From Octopus bimaculoides (Eukaryota), in the NCBI RefSeq assembly GCF_001194135.2, contig NC_068983.1:66770274-66809706 (forward strand): a stretch of 39,433 nt of DNA, written 5' to 3'. How positions within the stretch are numbered: the stretch's first letter is position 1; each line of letters starts with the position of its first letter. Below, piece by piece: positions 36,868 through 39,433 of this stretch. A program made the position numbers and the translations under genes. The notes under the pieces are model-generated. The model was not told where the DNA came from. It saw only the letters and a list, made by a program, of their open reading frames with translations, and did not search any database.

Positions 36868-38041
36868 CAGGATGTCCCAAAATTAAGGCGACCAACATTT
36901 TTCTATTTTGCCAAAGCAAAACATTATTATATTTCAGTCCAAGCATTGCAATGCAATGGTAAAGGAAACCCATTATGATACTACCACATCTATTTAATAT
37001 GACCACCTCTGTTTCGAATCACAGCCTTAAGTCTAGGTGCAAATGCTTTACTGTGGAGTTCAAGCCCGTTCCTGGCATACTTTTGCCTTCAGAGTGTTGA
37101 GCGAAGTATAAGGAGTGCTCAAAACCCATGTCTCCAAAATGGACCTAACAAAAATCCAGTGGGTTGAGATCAGAGCTTCTTGAGGGCCATACATCCTTAC
37201 CTATGAATGATGGAATATTTTTCTGAATCCAATGTTGTATCTGTTTGGAGCTGTGGGATGGCACCAAGTCCTGTTTGAGGTTCCAAGGTGTGCCTTGAAA
37301 ATGCTCATTCACCCATAGAAGCAGTTCAGCATCCAGAATGTTGCTGATGTATTGCTGTGTTAATTTTAACACCTAAAGGCACAACAACTAGGGGAGACCT
37401 TCCAGTGGCTGTCACAGCCACCCAAACCAAAACTGACTGTGGATTTTGACGTCAATTTATGAGTCTACCCTCTACAAAGCCAGGTAAACTTCAAAGTCAG
37501 TCATTCTGATGGTTTAATGTCTGTTCAGTGTCAAATTTCTTTTCATCAGTGAACACCAGGCTGGGCAGCATGCTTTCAGTAATCTGACACAGGATAAGAT
37601 AACTCCTGTCCAGTATCATGGCCTTATAAACTTGTATGAGCTCATGATGGCAGATTATCTTGTACAGATGGGTCCTGAGATCCTCTTTCAGCACTCAATA
37701 TATTAATGTTCAGCATATTTTTGCTGTGGCAGCCAGTTTTTTGAGGGAACAATGAGGTTTTGCTGTATCTCTGGTACTTTTGATAAGCTGAGGGGTCCAC
37801 ACACTTCTTTTCCAGCCAAATCCATGGCGAACAGCAGTAGAACCAGTCTCTTGAAATCTCTTGACAATTTTCCAGACTGTTGTTTGGTTAATTTTAAGCT
37901 TTTTTTCAATAGCTGTATTAGTTTCACCTCCTTTGTGGAGGGTTATGTTTGTATTTCAGTCTATGGCCATTATCTAATTTATAAATCTGAATATATTATT
38001 AAATCCTGAAGCTTCAGTTACCTTAATTCCAGGACACTCTG
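36868..38041 (-). mobile_element. Near full-length decayed Tc1/mariner DD37D (maT-type) transposon
   Basis: TIRs CAGGATGTCCCAAAATTAAGGCGAC / CAGAGTGTCCTGGAATTAAGGTAAC (18/25 identical, all transitions); TA at the right end; VFTDEKKF and QDLVPSH...WPSRSSDLNPLDF with 37 residues between the second and third Asp; ORF fragmented. Confidence 0.9.
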
Positions 38042-38047
38042 TATATA

Positions 38048-38870
38048 TATCATCATCATCACCATTTAACGTCCATTGTCCACGCTGGCATGAGTTGGAG
38101 GGTTTGACCAGGGCTGGCAAGTTGGAAAGTGGCACCAGGCTCCAGTCTGTTTTGCTATGGCTTCTACGGCTGGATGCCCTTCCTAACACCAACCACTCCA
38201 AGAGTGTAATGGATGTTTTTATGTGCCACTGACATGGGTGCCATTTGCATGACACCAGTATCTGCCAAACTGCAGTTTTACTTGGCCTAATGTGTCTTCT
38301 CCAGCACAGCATAATGCCAAATGGACTCAGTCATTGCCTCTGTGAGGCCCAATGCTCGAAGCCTGGTTTAATGCCAAATGGTCTCGATCCTTGCTGCTGT
38401 GAGGCCCAACACTCAAAAGGTGCTTTTATGTGCCATCAGCATGGGTACCATTTGTGTGACACTGGTATCTGCCACAACTGCAACTTTACTTGGCTTGATG
38501 GGTCTTCTTCTCAAGCACAACATAATGCTAAAGGTCTCATTCATTGTCTCTGTGATACACAGCATTCAAAAGGAGCTCAACCACTTTGCCTCCATGAGGC
38601 TCAATGCTTGAAAAGTGCTTTTTACATGCCACTTGCAAAGGTGCTGGTTACATGACACCAGCATCATCCACGACTGCAATTTCACTTGCTTTGACAGGTC
38701 TTCTCAAATACAGCATATCGCCAAGTCACTAGTCATTGCCTCTGTGAGGCTCAAAGTTTGGAGACCATGTTTCACCACCTCATCCCATGTTTTCCTGGGT
38801 CTACCTCTACCACAGGTTCCCTCCACAGTTAAGGATTGGCACTTCTTTAGACAGTTGTATATAGGCACCG
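38048..38870 (-). mobile_element. RTE LINE 3' end: ORF C-terminus, tandemly repeated 3' UTR, (ATG)n tail
   Basis: CLKKCQSLTVEGTCGRGRPRKTWDEVVKHGL; about three units of ~200 bp; tail ccatttaacgtcc...catcatc on the + strand. Confidence 0.85.
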
Positions 38871-39036
38871 GCCATCCTGAAGTGATGCTGGCGTGGGTTT
38901 CTGCCTCGACATCCGAAACTTGGATTTTTATAATGGCTACCAAATAGTTGTCACATATTATATTTACAAATAAATTCCTCTATTTACATAATATTGAGGA
39001 CTCTTTCATTCTTTTGCTGTCTTGCTATTTCTATCA

Positions 39037-39094
<58 letters not shown>

Positions 39095-39237
39095 CCATTT
39101 TTATCTTCTCCTCATCTTTCAAACATTTATATATGTATATACTATATGTTTGTGTGTGTGTGTGTCTGTATATCTACATAAATATGAATATAGGTATATG
39201 CATATAAATAGGTATATATATATGTGTGTGTGTGTGT

Positions 39238-39415
39238 GTGACATGTAAAAGGCACCCACTACACTCTTGGAATGTCTCGCATAAGGAAAGGCATCCAGCT
39301 GTAGAAACCAAGCCAAAATCAGACTAGAGCCTTGTACAGATCTCTGGCTTACCAGTTCTAGTTAAGCCATCTAACCCACGTCAGCATCAAAAACAGGTAT
39401 GAAATGATGATGACT
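39238..39415 (+). mobile_element. RTE-tail SINE fragment
   Basis: catgtaaaaggcacccactacactc...aaggcatccagctgtagaaac...gatgatgat. Confidence 0.7.
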
Positions 39416-39433
39416 ATATATATATATATATAT

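Noticed and set aside
38245-38655. 136-aa Cys/His-rich ORF as a zinc-finger or metallothionein-like protein
   Set aside because: Antisense read-through of the tandem RTE 3' UTR; no C2H2 spacing.

Overview
AT-rich, gapped eukaryotic genomic DNA. Dense (TA)n/(CA)n microsatellites flanking N gaps and the SINE/RTE repeat style suggest a coleoid cephalopod, probably Octopus (inference). There is no intact protein-coding gene. Almost all ORF-track entries are microsatellite, N-gap or antisense artefacts. About half the window is decayed mobile DNA: at least 6 Penelope-like (PLE) remnants, two tandem R4/Dong-type RLE retrotransposons, RTE and CR1-group LINE pieces, two Tc1/mariner copies (one DD37D with both TIRs), SINEs and a foldback MITE. 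On the minus strand, scattered exon-like segments between about 30.7 kb and 6.4 kb are collinear with the VWA and Cache domain protein CACHD1 (compared from memory, not by search). They carry stops and frameshifts but several keep good splice sites, so this looks like a decayed, intron-containing paralog. Other highlights are a perfect 113-bp inverted duplication of one of these exons that carries away its splice donor, a type I hammerhead ribozyme with a single core mutation (31831-31894), and a CpG-retaining domain at about 28.6-31.1 kb.
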